From: Haplodiscus bocki
Lineage: Eukaryota
Length of the DNA: 64,000 bases
Reading direction: 5' to 3'
Assembly: GCA_965655095.1 (NCBI GenBank)
Contig: OZ296659.1
Span: 7,130,001-7,194,000, forward strand
In this document: piece by piece, positions 13,501 to 28,500 of the stretch
Position numbering within the stretch: the first letter of the stretch is position 1
Layout: each line of letters opens with the position of its first letter
The notes under the pieces: model-generated
Databases searched by the model: none
What the model was told of the DNA's origin: nothing
Seen by the model: only the letters and a program-made list of their open reading frames with translations
Position numbers and translations under genes: made by a program

Positions 13501-16500
13501 TTCAACGATCAGTTGTTTTTCATGGCAACCACTACGCATTCTGGAGTGTGCGTATTGTTCCTGACGTCAACTTAAACTCGGAAACTCTCAGATAGGTGAA
13601 AAATGTTGAGAACGTGATTCAATTTTTTCAAAAGCCGACTTTGACAACTCAGACGATTCCTTTTGATTCTCTCCGAATTCTACGAAAAGTCGACGGGTGG
13701 AAGAAACTTATACTTTTCAGTTTCATAGTTTGTAATTTCGAGGTTTTTTTTCTTTGCTTAGGGCGTTGAATGGCTTGATTTGCTCATCCTACCAATAATT
13801 GTTCCACAAAAAAGGTAGGAATTATGAGTGGCTCCGCTTCCAATAAACTGATCTTTGGTGGTCTTAAAGTCCAAATTTTTGACGAAAATTTCCAAATGTC
13901 GGAAAACTGCACAAACTGAATATTTGAAAAATGATACGTCAAACCCTTGACCGAATTATAAATCATAAAGGGAAATTTGTTATGGAGGCTACTACTTGAA
14001 CAACAGCTGGTAGTGTAAAACGCAACTTCAATAGCTCTTAACAAAACTAGTTGGCTTTTTATATTGTTCCAAAGGAAAACCAGCCAAGTTTAAATCATTT
14101 CTACAACGACTGCCGCCATTTATATTTTGAACCGAAGGATAAAGGGCAACCATTTTTCTCCAACTTTTGAATAAAACAAAACAAATGTAAAGCTCAATGT
14201 AAAACCACACTAACAACTTGCAAACCATTTTCGACTCACGTCCAGGATTTTCAAAACTAGACGTTGTTCCATTCAAATATCTTCTTCTAGTTTTGCATTC
14301 TCGCAGGCTGAACCTACGTCCTACTCTGAAACTTCGCGAGCAATACAAAATCCCAATTGCATACCTTGAACACACAAAATTTGAGATTTTTTTGAGCGGA
14401 AGCTGAATAAGCGTCAGTTCGTTTGTTCCATTAAAATAGTGTTTGAAACATTTTGTCACAGAAAGATTTTGAAGTTCATACTTTTCTATTTCGCGTCTTG
14501 CCTGAGTGCCAAAGTTCATGAAAAAATGACGCCCTCCTGTGCTCGGGAGGCGAGAAAAGTTCGTTTCTTCTACTATGGAACAGAACTTTTTTTTAATTGC
14601 TGCAAAACATGCTTCCCTAGATTCAGAGTTATCAAAGTCTTTCAAAAATTTTTTGTTTTCTTGACACGAAATGTTCGAACAACTCAAATGCTTTTAAATT
14701 TGTAATAGGAACTTTTCAACGATCAGTTGCTTTTCATGGCAACCACTACGCATTCTGGAGTGTGCGTATTGTTCCTGACGTCAACTTAAATCAGGAGACT
14801 CTCAGATAGGTGGACACTGTCGAGAACGTGATTCAATTTTTTCAAAAGCTGACTTTGACAACTCAGACGATTCTTTTCGATTCTCTCCGATTTCTAGGAA
14901 ATTTCGACGTGTGGAAGAAACTTATACTCTTCAGTTTCATAGTTTTTAATTCCGAGGTTTTTTTTCTTTGCTTAGGGCGTCGAAGAGCTTGAGTTGCTCA
15001 TCCAACCAATTTCTGTTCCACAATAAAGGTAGGATCTATGAGTGGCACCGCTTCCAAAAAAAAGATCTTTGGTGGACTTAAAGTCCACATTTGTGGCAAA
15101 AACCTCCAAAGGTCGGATAACTGCACAAAATGAATATTTCAAAACTGATAAGTTGGATCCAAGACGGAATTATAAATCATAAAGGGGATTTTGTTATGGA
15201 AGCTACTACTCGGATAACAGTTGGTAGTGTAAAATGCAACTTCAATAGCTTCAACAAAACTAGTTGGCTTTTTATATTGTTCCAAAGTAAAACCAGCCAA
15301 GTTTACATCATTATTCCCACGAATATCGGCAACAACATTTTGAAGGGAAGGATAAAGAACAGACTTTTGTCTCGAGTTTTTGGTTAAAACAGGACAATAT
15401 CAAAGCCTAATGTAAAGCCACACTAACAACTTGCACACCACTTTCGACTCATGTCCAGGATTTTCAGAACTAGACGTTGTTCCTTTCAAATATCTTCTTC
15501 TGGTTTTGCATTCTCACAGGCTGAACCAACGCCGTACTCTAAAATTCCGCGAGCATTACAAAATTGCAAATGCATTTCTTCGACAAGGAAAATTTTGGTA
15601 TTTCTTAATCGAAAGCTAAATCAGCGTCAGTTTGTTTGTTCCATTCAAAAAGTGTTTGAAACAATTCCTTACAGAGAGAGTTTGAAGTTCTACTTTTCTC
15701 TTCCGCATCTTGCCTCAGAGCCAAAACCCAATAAAAACTGACGCCCTCCTGTGCTCGGAAGGCCAAAAAAGTTTTTTTTTCTACTGAGGAACAGATTTTT
15801 TCTAATTGCCCGGAAACAAGTGCTTCTATTTTCAGAATTATCAACGTCTTCGGAACGTTTTTTGTCTTCTTGACTCGAGAAAACTCGAACAACTGAAATG
15901 TTTTTAAAACTGTAGGACAATATACGGAACTTTCAATTGCTTGTCATGGCAACCACTACGCTTTCTGGAGTCTGAGCATTGTCACTGACGTTAACTTAAT
16001 ATCGGAGACTCCCAGATAGGTGAAAGATGTAGAGAACAAGATTCCACTATCTCAACAGCTGAATTGAACAGCTCACACGGTTCATCCCGATTCTAGCCGA
16101 ATTTTTGAAAAAAGTCGAGCTCTGGTAGAAACCTCTCTTTTTCAGTTTTCTTGTTTGGAGTTCCGATGTTTTTTTCTTCGCTTAGGGCGATTAAACGCTT
16201 GAATTGTTCATCCTATCATATGCTGTTCCGCAAAAACTGTAGAAAGCATGAGTGGAACTGCTTCCAACAAATTGATATTTTGTGGACTTAAAGTCCAACT
16301 TTTTGACAAAAATTTCCAAATGTCGGAAAACTGCATAAATAGAATAATTGAAAACTGATAGATCAGACCCATGGCCGAATTATTACCCATAAAGGGAAAT
16401 TTTGTTATGGAAGCTACTACTCGATTAACATTCGGTAAAGTAAAACGCAACTTCAACAGCTCTTATCAAAACCAGTGGTTTTTTTTAAATTGCTGCACAG

Positions 16501-19500
16501 GAAAACTAGCCAAGTTTCAAACATTATTGCAACGAATCCAGCCAACAAAGTTTTGAAGCGACGCATAAAGAACAGACTTTTGTCTCCGGTTTCTGGTTAA
16601 AACAAGACAAATTCAAAGCTTAGTGTAAAGCCACACTAACAACTTGCACACCACTTTCGACCCATGTCCAGGATTTTCAAAACTAGACGTTGTTCCTTTC
16701 AAATATCTTCTTCTGGTTTTGCATTCTCACAGGCTGAACCAACATCGTACTCTAAAATTCCGCGAGCATTACAAAATTGCAAATGCATTTCTTCGACAAG
16801 GAAAATTTGGGTATTTCATAATCGAAAGCTAATTAAGCGTCAGTTTGTTTGTTCCATTAAAATAGTGTTTGAAAGAATTCCTTACAGAGAGAGTTTGAAG
16901 TTCTATTTTTCTCTTCCGCAACTTGCCTCAGTGCCAAGACCCAATAAAAACTGACGCCCTCCTGTGCTCGGAAGGCCAAAAAAGCTTTTTCTCTACTGAG
17001 GAACAGATTTTCTCTAATTGTCCGGAAACAAGCGCTAATATTTTCAGAGTTATCAACGTCTTCGAAACCTTTATTGTCTTCTTGACTCAAGAAAAATCGG
17101 AAAACTGAAATGCTTCTATAAATGTAGGACAATATTCGGAACGTTCAATTGCTTTTCTTGGCAACCACCACGCTTTCTGGAGTCTGAGTATTGTCCCCTA
17201 CGTCAACTTAAATTCGGTAATTCCTGGGTAGGTGAAAAATGTTGAAAACGTGTTTCCAATTTTTCAACAGTTGACTTGAACAGCTCCCACGATTCTTCTC
17301 GATTCTATCCAAATTCTTGAAAAAATTCGTGCTCTGGTAGCAACCTATTTTTTTCAGCTTCTTGGTTTGGATACCCGAAGTTTTTTCCTTTGCTTAAGGC
17401 GATGAGTAGATTCAACTGCTCATCCTACCAACTACTGTTCCGCAAAAACGGTAGGAATCGTGAGTGGCACCGCTTCCAACAAAGTGATCTTTTGTGGACC
17501 TTAAGTCCAAACTTTCACACAAAGTTCCAAATGTCAGAAAACTGCATAAACTGAAAATTTGAAAACTGTTATGTGAGACCATTGAACGATTTAAAAGTCA
17601 TGAAGGGAAATTTGTTATGGAAGCTACTACTCGAAAAACATTCGGTAGTGTAAAACGCAACTTCAATAGCTCCTATCAAATTTAATGTTTTTTTTAAGTT
17701 GCTTCACAGGAAGACTAGCCAAGTTTCAAACATTATTGCAACGACTTCAGCCAACAACATTTTGAAGCGGCGGATAAAGAACAGACTTTTGTCTTCTGTT
17801 TTTGGTTAAAACAAGACAAATCCAAAGCTTAGTGTAAAGCCACACTAACACTTTGCAAACTATTTTCGACTCAAGTCCAGGAATTTGAAAACTCGACGTT
17901 GTTCCATTCAAACATCTTCTTGTAGTTTTGCCTTCTCGCAGGTTGAACCAATGCCGTACTCTGAAGATTCTCGAGCAGTACAAAATCGCAAATGCGTTTC
18001 TGTGACATGGACAACTTAACTTTTTTTGTTTCAAAAACTGAATGAACATCAGTTTGTTCCAATGAAATAGTGTTGGAACCATTTCATTACAGAGCGAGTT
18101 TGAAGTTCACGTTTTTCTATTTCGCATCTTGCGTCAGTGCCAAAACCCATTAAAAACTCACGCCCTCCTGTGTTCGGAAGGCTACAAGAGGTTTTTTATC
18201 TACTGGGGAACAGATTTTTTCGCATTGCCTGGAAAAGCCCGCCTCTAGTTTCAGATTTATCAACGTCTCCGAAACCTTTATTGTCTTCTTGACTCGAGAA
18301 AACTCATATAACTGAAATGCTTCTTAAAATGTAGGACAATTTTTGGAACGTTCAATTGCTTTTATTCGCAGCCACTACGCATTCTCGAGAAAGAGTTTTG
18401 TGATCTGACGTCAACTTAATTTTGGTAAATCTTGGATAGGTGAAATATGTTGAGAACGTGTTTCCAATTTTTCAATAGCTGACTTGAACAGCTCACACGA
18501 TTCTCCTCGATTCTATCCTAAATCTTGCAAAATTTTGTGCTCAGGTAGCAACCCTTTTTCTTCAGTTGCAAATATCGGAAATCCGAGCTTTTTACTTAGC
18601 CTAGGGCGTTGAGTAGATTGAACTGCTCATCCTACCAATTAGTGTTCCGCAAAAATGGTAGGAATCATGAGTGGCACCGCTTCCTACAGAGCGATCTTTT
18701 GTGAACTTAAAGTCCAACTGTTTGACACAAACTTCCAAATGCCGAAAACTGCATAAACTGAAAATTTGGAATCTGATATGTGAGACCAATGGCCAAAAAT
18801 TAGGTCATGAAAGGAATTTTGTTATGGAAGATACTACTCGAAAAACGTTTGGTAGTGTAACACGCCACTTCGATAGCTGTTATAAAAACTAGTTGATTTT
18901 TCAAATTGTTTTACAGGAAAACCAGCCAATTTTCAAACATTTTTCCAATGACCCCGCCAACAACATTTTCAAGTGAAGGATAAAAAGCACAAATTTTCTC
19001 CGGTTTCTGGTTATAACATGACAAATCCAACGTTTACTGTAAAGCCACACTAACACTTTGCAAAATACTTTCGACCCATGTCCAGGATTTTCAAAACTAG
19101 GCGTTGTTCAATTCAAATATCTTCTTTTAGTTTCGCATTCTCACAGGTTGAACCAACCTCCTACCCCTAAATTTTTTCGAGCAATACAAAATCGCAAATG
19201 CAATTCTTGGACATGGACATTTTAAATTTTTCTAAATCAAAAGCTAAATAAGCGTCAGTTTGTTGGTTCCATTAAAAAAGTGTTTGAACTATTCCTTTAC
19301 AGATCGAGTTTGAAGTTCAAGCTTTTCTCTTTCGCATCTTGCGCCGATGCACAAACCCATTAGTCACCAACGCCCTCCTGTGCTCGGAAGGCTACAATAG
19401 CTTTTTTCCTACTGGGGAACAGATTTCTTATAATTGCCCGGAAACGTGCACCTCTAGTTTCAGAGTTAACAACGTCTTCGAACCATTTACTGTCTTCTTG

Positions 19501-22500
19501 AATCGAGAAAAATCGAATAACTGAAATGATTTCAAAATTGTAGGACTTTATTCGGAACGTTCAATTACTTTTCATGGCAAACATTACGCATTCTGGAGTC
19601 TGAGTATTGTCCTTGACCTTAACCGAAACTCGGAGACTCTTAGATAGGTGATAAATGTTGAGAACGCGTTTCCACTTTTTCAATAGCTGACTTGAACAGC
19701 TCACACGTTTCTTCTCGAGTCTACCCGAATTTTCGGAAAAAGTCGAGCTCTTGTAGCAACCTCTTTTCTTCAGTTTCTTAGCTTGGAAAACCGAGGTTTT
19801 TTCCTTTGCTTAGGGCGAAGGGTAGCTTGAACTGCTCACCCTACCAGTTTTTGTTCCGCAAAAATGGTAGGAATCATGAGTGGCATCGCTTCCAACAAAG
19901 CGATCTTTTGTGGATTTCAAGTCCATTTTTTCGACACAAAGTTCCAAATGTCGGAAAACTGCATAAACTGAAAATTTGAAAACTGTTATGTGAGACCATT
20001 GAACGATTTAAAAGTCATGAAGGGAAATTTGTTATGGAAGCTACTACTCGAAAAACATTCGGTAGTGTAAAACGCAACTTCAATAGCTCCTATCAAATTT
20101 AATGTTTTTTTTAAGTTGCTTCACAGGAAGACTAGCCAAGTTTCAAACATTATTGCAACGACTTCAGCCAACAACATTTTGAAGCGGCGGATAAAGAACA
20201 GACTTTTGTCTTCTGTTTTTGGTTAAAACAAGACAAATCCAAAGCTTAGTGTAAAGCCACACTAACACTTTGCAAACTATTTTCGACTCAAGTCCAGGAT
20301 TTTGAAAACTGGACGTTGTTCCAATCAAACATCTTCTTGTAGTTTTGTCTTCTCGCAGGCTGAACCAATGCCGTACTCTAAAGATTCTCGAGCAGTACAA
20401 AATTGCAAATGCATTTCTTGGACATGGAAAACCTAAATTTTATTATTTCAAAAAACTGAATAAACGTCAGTTTGTTCCCTTAAAAAAGTGTTTGAATCAT
20501 TTCATTACAGAGCGAGTTTGAAGTTCAAGCTTTTCTATTTCGCATCTTGCGTCAGTGCCAAAACCCATTGCAAACTCACGCCCTCCTGTGCTCGGAAGGC
20601 TGCAGTACCTCTTTTTTTCTACTGGGGAACAGATTTCTTCTAATTGCCCGGAAACGCGCACCTCTAGTTTCAGAGTTAACAACGTCTTCGAACTATTTAC
20701 TGTCTTCTTGAATCGAAAAAACTCAAATAACTGAAATGCTTTTAAAATTGTAGGACATTATTCGGAACGTTCAATTACTTTTTATGGCAAACACTACGCA
20801 TTCTGGAGTCTGAGTATTGTCCCTGACCTCAACCTAAACTCGGAGGCTCTTAGATAAGTGACAAATGTTGAGACCGTGCTTCCAGTTCTTCAACAGCTGA
20901 CTTGAAGAGCTCACAATATTCTTCTCGATTCTATCCAAATTCTCGAACAATTTCGTGCTCTGTTAGCAACCTATTTTCTTCAGTTTCAAAGTTTGGAAAT
21001 TCGAGCTTTTTCCTTTGCTTAGGGCGATAAGTAGCTTCAACTGCTCATCTTACTATATAATGTTCCGCAAAAGTGGTAGGAATCATAAGTGGCACCGCTT
21101 CCAACAAAGTGATCTTTTGTGAACTTAAATCCACTTTTTCGACACAAATTTGCAAATGCCGAAAAGTGCATACACTGAAAATTTGGAAACTGATATGTGA
21201 GACCGATGGCCAAAATATGAATCATGAAGGGAATTTTGTTATGGAAGCTACTACTCGAAAAACGTTTGGTAGTGTAGAACGCAACTTCAATAGCTCTTAT
21301 CAAAGCTGTTGGTTTTTTATATTGTTTCACAGGGAAAGTAGCCAAGTTCCAAACACTATTCCAATGACTCCCGCCAATAACATTTTGAAGCAAAGGATAA
21401 AAAACAGACAATTTTCTCCAGTTTTTGCTTGAAACAAGACAAATCCAAAGCTTACTGTAAAACCACACTAACACTTGGCACACTACTTTCGACTCACGTC
21501 CAGGATTTTAGAAACTAGACGTTGTTCCATTCAAACATCTTCTTGTAGTTTCGCATTCTCGCAGGCTGAACCAACGTCGTAATCTAAAGATTCTCGAGCA
21601 ATACAAAATCGCAAATGCATTTCTTGGACAAGGGCAACTTAAATTTTTTTGTTTCAAAAACTGAATGAACATCAGTTTGTTCCAATAAAATGGTGTTGGA
21701 AGCATTTCATTACAGAGCCAGTTTGAAATTCAAGATTTTTTTTTCGCACTTTGCGTCAGTGCCCAAACCTATTAAAAACTGACGCCCTCCTGTGCTCGGA
21801 AGGCTACAATAGCTCTTTTTTTTCTACTGGGGAACAGTTTTCTTCTAATTGCCCGGAAACGCGCGCCTCCAGTTTCAGAGTTACCAACTTCTTCGAAACG
21901 TGTATTGTCTTCTTGACTTGAGAAAACTCGAATAACTGAAATGCTTCTAAAATTGTAGGACGATATTTGGAACGTTCAACTGGTGTCATCGCAACCACTT
22001 CACAATCTGGAGTCTGAGTATTCCCCTGACGTCATTTAACTTCGGAGACTATTGGATAGGTGAAAATGGTGAGAACGTGTTTCCAGTTTTTCAATAGCTG
22101 ACTTGGACAGCTCACACGAATCTTCTCAATTCCATCCGAATTTTCGAAAAACTTCGAGCTCTGGTAGCAACCTATTTTTTTTTAGTTTTCATGGTTTGGA
22201 AACCCGAAGTTTTTTCCTTTGCTTAGGGCAATGAGATGCTTCAACTGCTCATCCTACCAATTACTGTTCGGCAAAAACGGTAGGAATCATGAGTGGCACC
22301 GCTTCCAACAAAGTCATCTTTTGTGGACCTTAAGTCCAATTTTTTACACGAAATTCCAAACGTCGGAAACTGCATAAACTGAAAATTTGAAAACTGTTAT
22401 GTGAGATCAATAGCCGAAATATAAGTCATGAACGGAGTTTTGTTATGCAAGCTACTACTCGAAAAACGATTGGTAGTGTAGAACGCAACTTCAGTAGCTC

Positions 22501-25500
22501 TTATCAAAGCTGTTGGTTTTTTATATTGTTTCACAGGGAAAGTAGCCAAGTTCCAAACACTATTCCAATGACTCCCGCCAATAACATTTTGAAGCAAAGG
22601 ATAAAAAACAGACAATTTTCTCCAGTTTTTGCTTGAAACAAGACAAATCCAAAGCTTACTGTAAAACCACACTAACACTTGGCACACTACTTTCGACTCA
22701 CGTCCAGGATTTTAGAAACTAGACGTTGTTCCATTCAAACATCTTCTTGTAGTTTCGCATTCTCGCAGGCTGAACCAACGTCGTAATCTAAAGATTCTCG
22801 AGCAATACAAAATCGCAAATGCATTTCTTGGACAAGGGCAACTTAAATTTTTTTGTTTCAAAAACTGAATGAACATCAGTTTGTTCCAATAAAATGGTGT
22901 TGGAAGCATTTCATTACAGAGCCAGTTTGAAATTCAAGATTTTTTTTTCGCACTTTGCGTCAGTGCCCAAACCTATTAAAAACTGACGCCCTCCTGTGCT
23001 CGGAAGGCTACAATAGCTCTTTTTTTTCTACTGGGGAACAGTTTTCTTCTAATTGCCCGGAAACGCGCGCCTCCAGTTTCAGAGTTACCAACTTCTTCGA
23101 AACGTGTATTCTCTTCTTGACTTGAGAAAACTCGAATAACTGAAATGCTTCTAAAATTGTAGGACGATATTTGGAACGTTCAACTGGTGTCATCGCAACC
23201 ACTTCACAATCTGGAGTCTGAGTATTCCCCTGACGTCATTTAACTTCGGAGACTATTGGATAGGTGAAAATGGTGAGAACGTGTTTCCAGTTTTTCAATA
23301 GCTGACTTGGACAGCTCACACGAATCTTCTCAATTCCATCCGAATTTTCGAAAAACTTCGAGCTCTGGTAGCAACCTATTTTTTTTTTAGTTTTCATGGT
23401 TTGGAAACCCGAAGTTTTTTCCTTTGCTTAGGGCAATGAGATGCTTCAACTGCTCATCCTACCAATTACTGTTCGGCAAAAACGGTAGGAATCATGAGTG
23501 GCACCGCTTCCAACAAAGTCATCTTTTGTGGACCTTAAGTCCAATTTTTTACACGAAATTCCAAACGTCGGAAACTGCATAAACTGAAAATTTGAAAACT
23601 GTTATGTGAGATCAATAGCCGAAATATAAGTCATGAACGGAGTTTTGTTATGCAAGCTACTACTCGAAAAACGATTGGTAGTGTAGAACGCAACTTCAGT
23701 AGCTCTTATCAAAGCTGTTGGTTTTTTATATTGTTTCACAGGGAAAGTAGCCAAGTTCCAAACACTATTCCAATGACTCCCGCCAATAACATTTTGAAGC
23801 AAAGGATAAAAAACAGACAATTTTCTCCAGTTTTTGCTTGAAACAAGACAAATCCAAAGCTTACTGTAAAACCACACTAACACTTGGCACACTACTTTCG
23901 ACTCACGTCCAGGATTTTAGAAACTAGACGTTGTTCCATTCAAACATCTTCTTGTAGTTTCGCATTCTCGCAGGCTGAACCAACGTCGTATTTTAAAGAT
24001 TCTCGAGCAATACAAAATCGCAAATGCATTTCTTGGACAAGGGCAACTTAAATTTTTTTGTTTCAAAAACTGAATGAACATCAGTTTGTTCCAATAAAAT
24101 GGTGTTGGAAACATTTCATTACAGAGCCAGTTTGAAATTCAAGATTTTCTCTTTCGCACTTTGCGTCAGTGCCCAAACCTATTAAAAACTGACGCCCTCC
24201 TGTGCTCGGAAGGCTACAATAGCTCTTTTTTTTCTACTGGGGAACAGTTTTCTTCTAATTGCCCGGAAACGCGCACCTCTAGTTTCAGAGTTAACAACGT
24301 CTTCGAACTATTTACTGTCTTCTTGAATCGAAAAAACTCAAATAACTGAAATGCTTTTAAAATTGTAGGACATTATTCGGAACGTTCAATTACTTTTTAT
24401 GGCAAACACTACGCATTCTGGAGTCTGAGTATTGTCCCTGACCTCAACCTAAACTCGGAGGCTCTTAGATAAGTGACAAATGTTGAGACCGTGCTTCCAG
24501 TTCTTCAACAGCTGACTTGAACAGCTCACACGATTCTTCTCGATTCTACCCGAATTTTCGGAAAAAGTCGAGCTCTTGTAGCAACCTCTTTTCTTCAGTT
24601 TCTTAGTTTAGAAAACCGAGGTTTTTTCCTTTGCCTAGGGCGAATGGTAGCTTGAACTGCTCACCCTACCAATTTTTGTTCCGCAAAAATGGTAGGAATC
24701 ATGAGTCGCACCGATTCCAACAAAGTGATCTTTTGTGGATTTAAAGTCCATTTTTTCGACACAAAGTTCCAAATGTCGGAAAACTGCATAAACTGAAAAT
24801 TTGGAAACTGATATGTGAGATCAATGGCCGAAATATAAGTCATGAACGGAGTTTTGTTATGCAAGCTACTACTCGAAAAACGATTGGTAGTGTAGAACGC
24901 AACTTCAGTAGCTCTTATCAAAGCTGTTGGTTTTTTTATATTGTTTCACAGGGAAAGTAGCCAAGTTCCAAACACTATTCCAATGACTCCCGCCAATAAC
25001 ATTTTGAAGCAAAGGATAAAAAACAGACAATTTTCTCCAGTTTTTGCTTGAAACAACACAAATCCAAAGCTTACTCTAAAGCCACACTAACAACTTGCAA
25101 ACTAATTTCGACTCATGTCCAGGACTTTCAAAACTAGACGTTGTTCCATTCAAACATCTTCTTGTAGTTTTGCATTCTTGCAAGCTGAACCAACGTCGTA
25201 CTCTAAAGATTCTTGAGCAATACAAAATTGCAAATGCATTTCTGGGACATGGACAACTTAACTTTTTTGTTTCAAAAACTGAATGATCATCAGTTTCTTC
25301 CAATAAAATAGTGTTGGAAACATTTCATTACAGAGCCAGTTTGAAATTGAAGTTTTTCTTTTTCGCATCTTGCGTCAGTGCTCAAACCCATTATAAACTG
25401 ACGCCCTCCTGTGCTCGGGAAGCTACAATATTTTTTTCTACTGGGGAACAGACTTTTTCTAGTTGTCCGGAAACGCGCGCCTCCAGTTTCGCAGTTATCA

Positions 25501-28500
25501 ACGTGTTCGGTATGTTTTTTGTCTTCTTGACTCGAGAAAGTTCAAACAACTGAAATGCTTTTAAATTTGTAAGACGACATTCGCAACGTGCAGTTGCTTT
25601 TGATGGCAACCACTACGCATTCTGGATTTCGATTATTGTCCCTCACTTCAACCTAAACTCGGAGACTCCTGGAAAGCTGAAAAATGTTGAAAACGTGTTT
25701 CCACTTTTTCAACAGCTGACTTGAACAGCTCGCACAATTCTTCTCGATTCTATCCGAAATTTCGAAAAAATTCGAGCTATGGTAGCAACCTATTTTTTCG
25801 GTTTCAAAAATTGGATTTCCGAGATTTTTTTTGCTTAGGGCGATGAGTAGCTTGAACTGCTCATCCTACTAATTACTGTTCCGCAAAATCGGTAGGAATC
25901 ATGAGTGGCACCGCTTCCAACGGAGCAACCTTTTGTGAACTTAAAGTCCAACTTTTTGACACAAACTTCCAAATGCCGGAGACTGCATAAACCGAAAATT
26001 TGGATTCTGATATGTGAGACCAATGGCCGAAATTTAGGTCATGAAAGGAATTTTGTTATGGAAGATACTACTCGAAAAACCTTTGGTAGTGTAACACGCC
26101 ACTTCGATAGCTGTTATAAAAACTAGTTGATTTTTCAAATTGTTTTACAGGAAAACCAGCCAATTTTCAAACATTTTTCCAATGACCCCGCCAACAACAT
26201 TTTCAAGTGAAGGATAAAAAGCACAAATTTTCTCCGGTTTCTGGTTATAACATGACAAATCCAACGTTTACTGTAAAGCCACACTAACACTTTGCAAAAT
26301 ACTTTCGACCCATGTCCAGGATTTTCAAAACTAGGCGTTGTTCAATTCAAATATCTTCTTTTAGTTTCGCATTCTCACAGGTTGAACCAACCTCCTACCC
26401 CTAAATTTTTTCGAGCAATACAAAATCGCAAATGCAATTCTTGGACATGGACATTTTAAATTTTTCTAAATCAAAAGCTAAATAAGCGTCAGTTTGTTGG
26501 TTCCATTAAAAAAGTGTTTGAACTATTCCTTTACAGATCGAGTTTGAAGTTCAAGCTTTTCTCTTTCGCATCTTGCGCCGATGCACAAACCCATTAGTCA
26601 CCAACGCCCTCCTGTGCTCGGAAGGCTACAATAGCTTTTTTCCTACTGGGGAACAGATTTCTTATAATTGCCCGGAAACGTGCACCTCTAGTTTCAGAGT
26701 TAACAACGTCTTCGAACCATTTACTGTCTTCTTGAATCGAGAAAAATCGAATAACTGAAATGATTTCAAAATTGTAGGACTTTATTCGGAACGTTCAATT
26801 ACTTTTCATGGCAAACATTACGCATTCTGGAGTCTGAGTATTGTCCTTGACCTTAACCGAAACTCGGAGACTCTTAGATAGGTGATAAATGTTGAGAACG
26901 CGTTTCCACTTTTTCAATAGCTGACTTGAACAGCTCACACGTTTCTTCTCGAGTCTACCCGAATTTTCGGAAAAAGTCGAGCTCTTGTAGCAACCTCTTT
27001 TCTTCAGTTTCTTAGCTTGGAAAACCGAGGTTTTTTCCTTTGCTTAGGGCGAAGGGTAGCTTGAACTGCTCACCCTACCAGTTTTTGTTCCGCAAAAATG
27101 GTAGGAATCATGAGTCGCACCGATTCCAACAAAGTGATCTTTTGTGGATTTAAAGTCCATTTTTTCGACACAAAGTTCCAAATGTCGGAAAACTGCAGAA
27201 ACTTGAAATTTGAAAACTGATATGTGAGACCAATGGCCGAAATACAAGTCTTGAAGGGATTTTTGTTATGAAAGCTACTACTCGAAAAACGTTTGGTAGT
27301 GTAGAACGCAACTTCAATAGCTCTTATCAAAGCTGTTGGTTTTTTATATTGTTTCACAGGGAAAGTAGCCAAGTTCCAAACACTATTCCAATGACTCCCG
27401 CCAATAACATTTTGAAGCAAAGGATAAAAAACAGACAATTTTCTCCAGTTTTTGCTTGAAACAAGACAAATCCAAAGCTTACTGTAAAACCACACTAACA
27501 CTTGGCACACTACTTTCGACTCACGTCCAGGATTTTAGAAACTAGACGTTGTTCCATTCAAACATCTTCTTGTAGTTTCGCATTCTCGCAGGCTGAACCA
27601 ACGTCGTATTCTAAAGATTCTCGAGCAATACAAAATCGCAAATGCATTTCTTGGACATGGGCAACTTAAATTTTTTTGTTTCAAAAACTGAATGAACATC
27701 AGTTTGTTCCAATGAAATGGTGTTGGAAACATTTCATTACAGAGCCAGTTTGAAATTCAAGATTTTCTCTTTCGCACCTTGCGTCAGTGCCCAAACCCAT
27801 TATAAACTGACGCCCTCCTGTGCTCGGAAAGCTACAATATTATTTTTTCTACTGGGGAACAGACATTTTCTAGTTGCCCGGAAACGCGCGCCTCCAGTTT
27901 CAGAGTTATCAACGTGTTCGGTATGTTTTTTGTCTTCTTGACTCGAGAAAGTTCGAACAACTGAAATGCTTTTAAATTTGTAAGACGATATTCGCAACGT
28001 GCAGTTGCTTTTGATGGCAACCACTACGCATTCTGGATTTCGATTATTGTCCCTCACTTCAACCTAAACTCGGAGACTCTTGGAAAGGTGAAAAATGTTG
28101 AGAACGTTTTTCCATTTTTTCAACAGTTGACTTGAACAGCTCACACAATTCTTCTCGATTCTATCCGAAACTTCGAAAAAATTCGAGCTCTGGTAGCAAC
28201 CTATTTTTTCGGTTTCAAAAATTGGATTTCCGAGATTTTTTTTTGCTTAGGGCGATGAGTAGCTTAAACTGCTCATCCTACCAATTACTGTTCCGCAAAA
28301 TCGGTAGGAATCATGAGTGGCACCGCTTCCAACAGAGCGACCTTTTGTGAAATTAAAGTCCAACTTTTTGACACAATTTTCCAAATCCCGGAGACTGCAT
28401 AAACCGAAATTTTGGATTCTGATATGTGAGACCAATGGCCGAAATTTAGGTCATGAAAGAAATTTTGTTATGGGAGATACTACTCGAAAAACGTTTGGTA

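Noticed and set aside
27217-27256. Hammerhead-ribozyme-like string in the satellite (ctgatatgtga-gacc-aat-ggcc-gaaat-acaa-gtc); also ctgaNga...gaaac at unit offset ~355
   Set aside because: The CUGANGA core is interrupted or not conserved (many units read ctgttatg or ctgggga), stem II is mismatched, and no stem I pairing can be formed.
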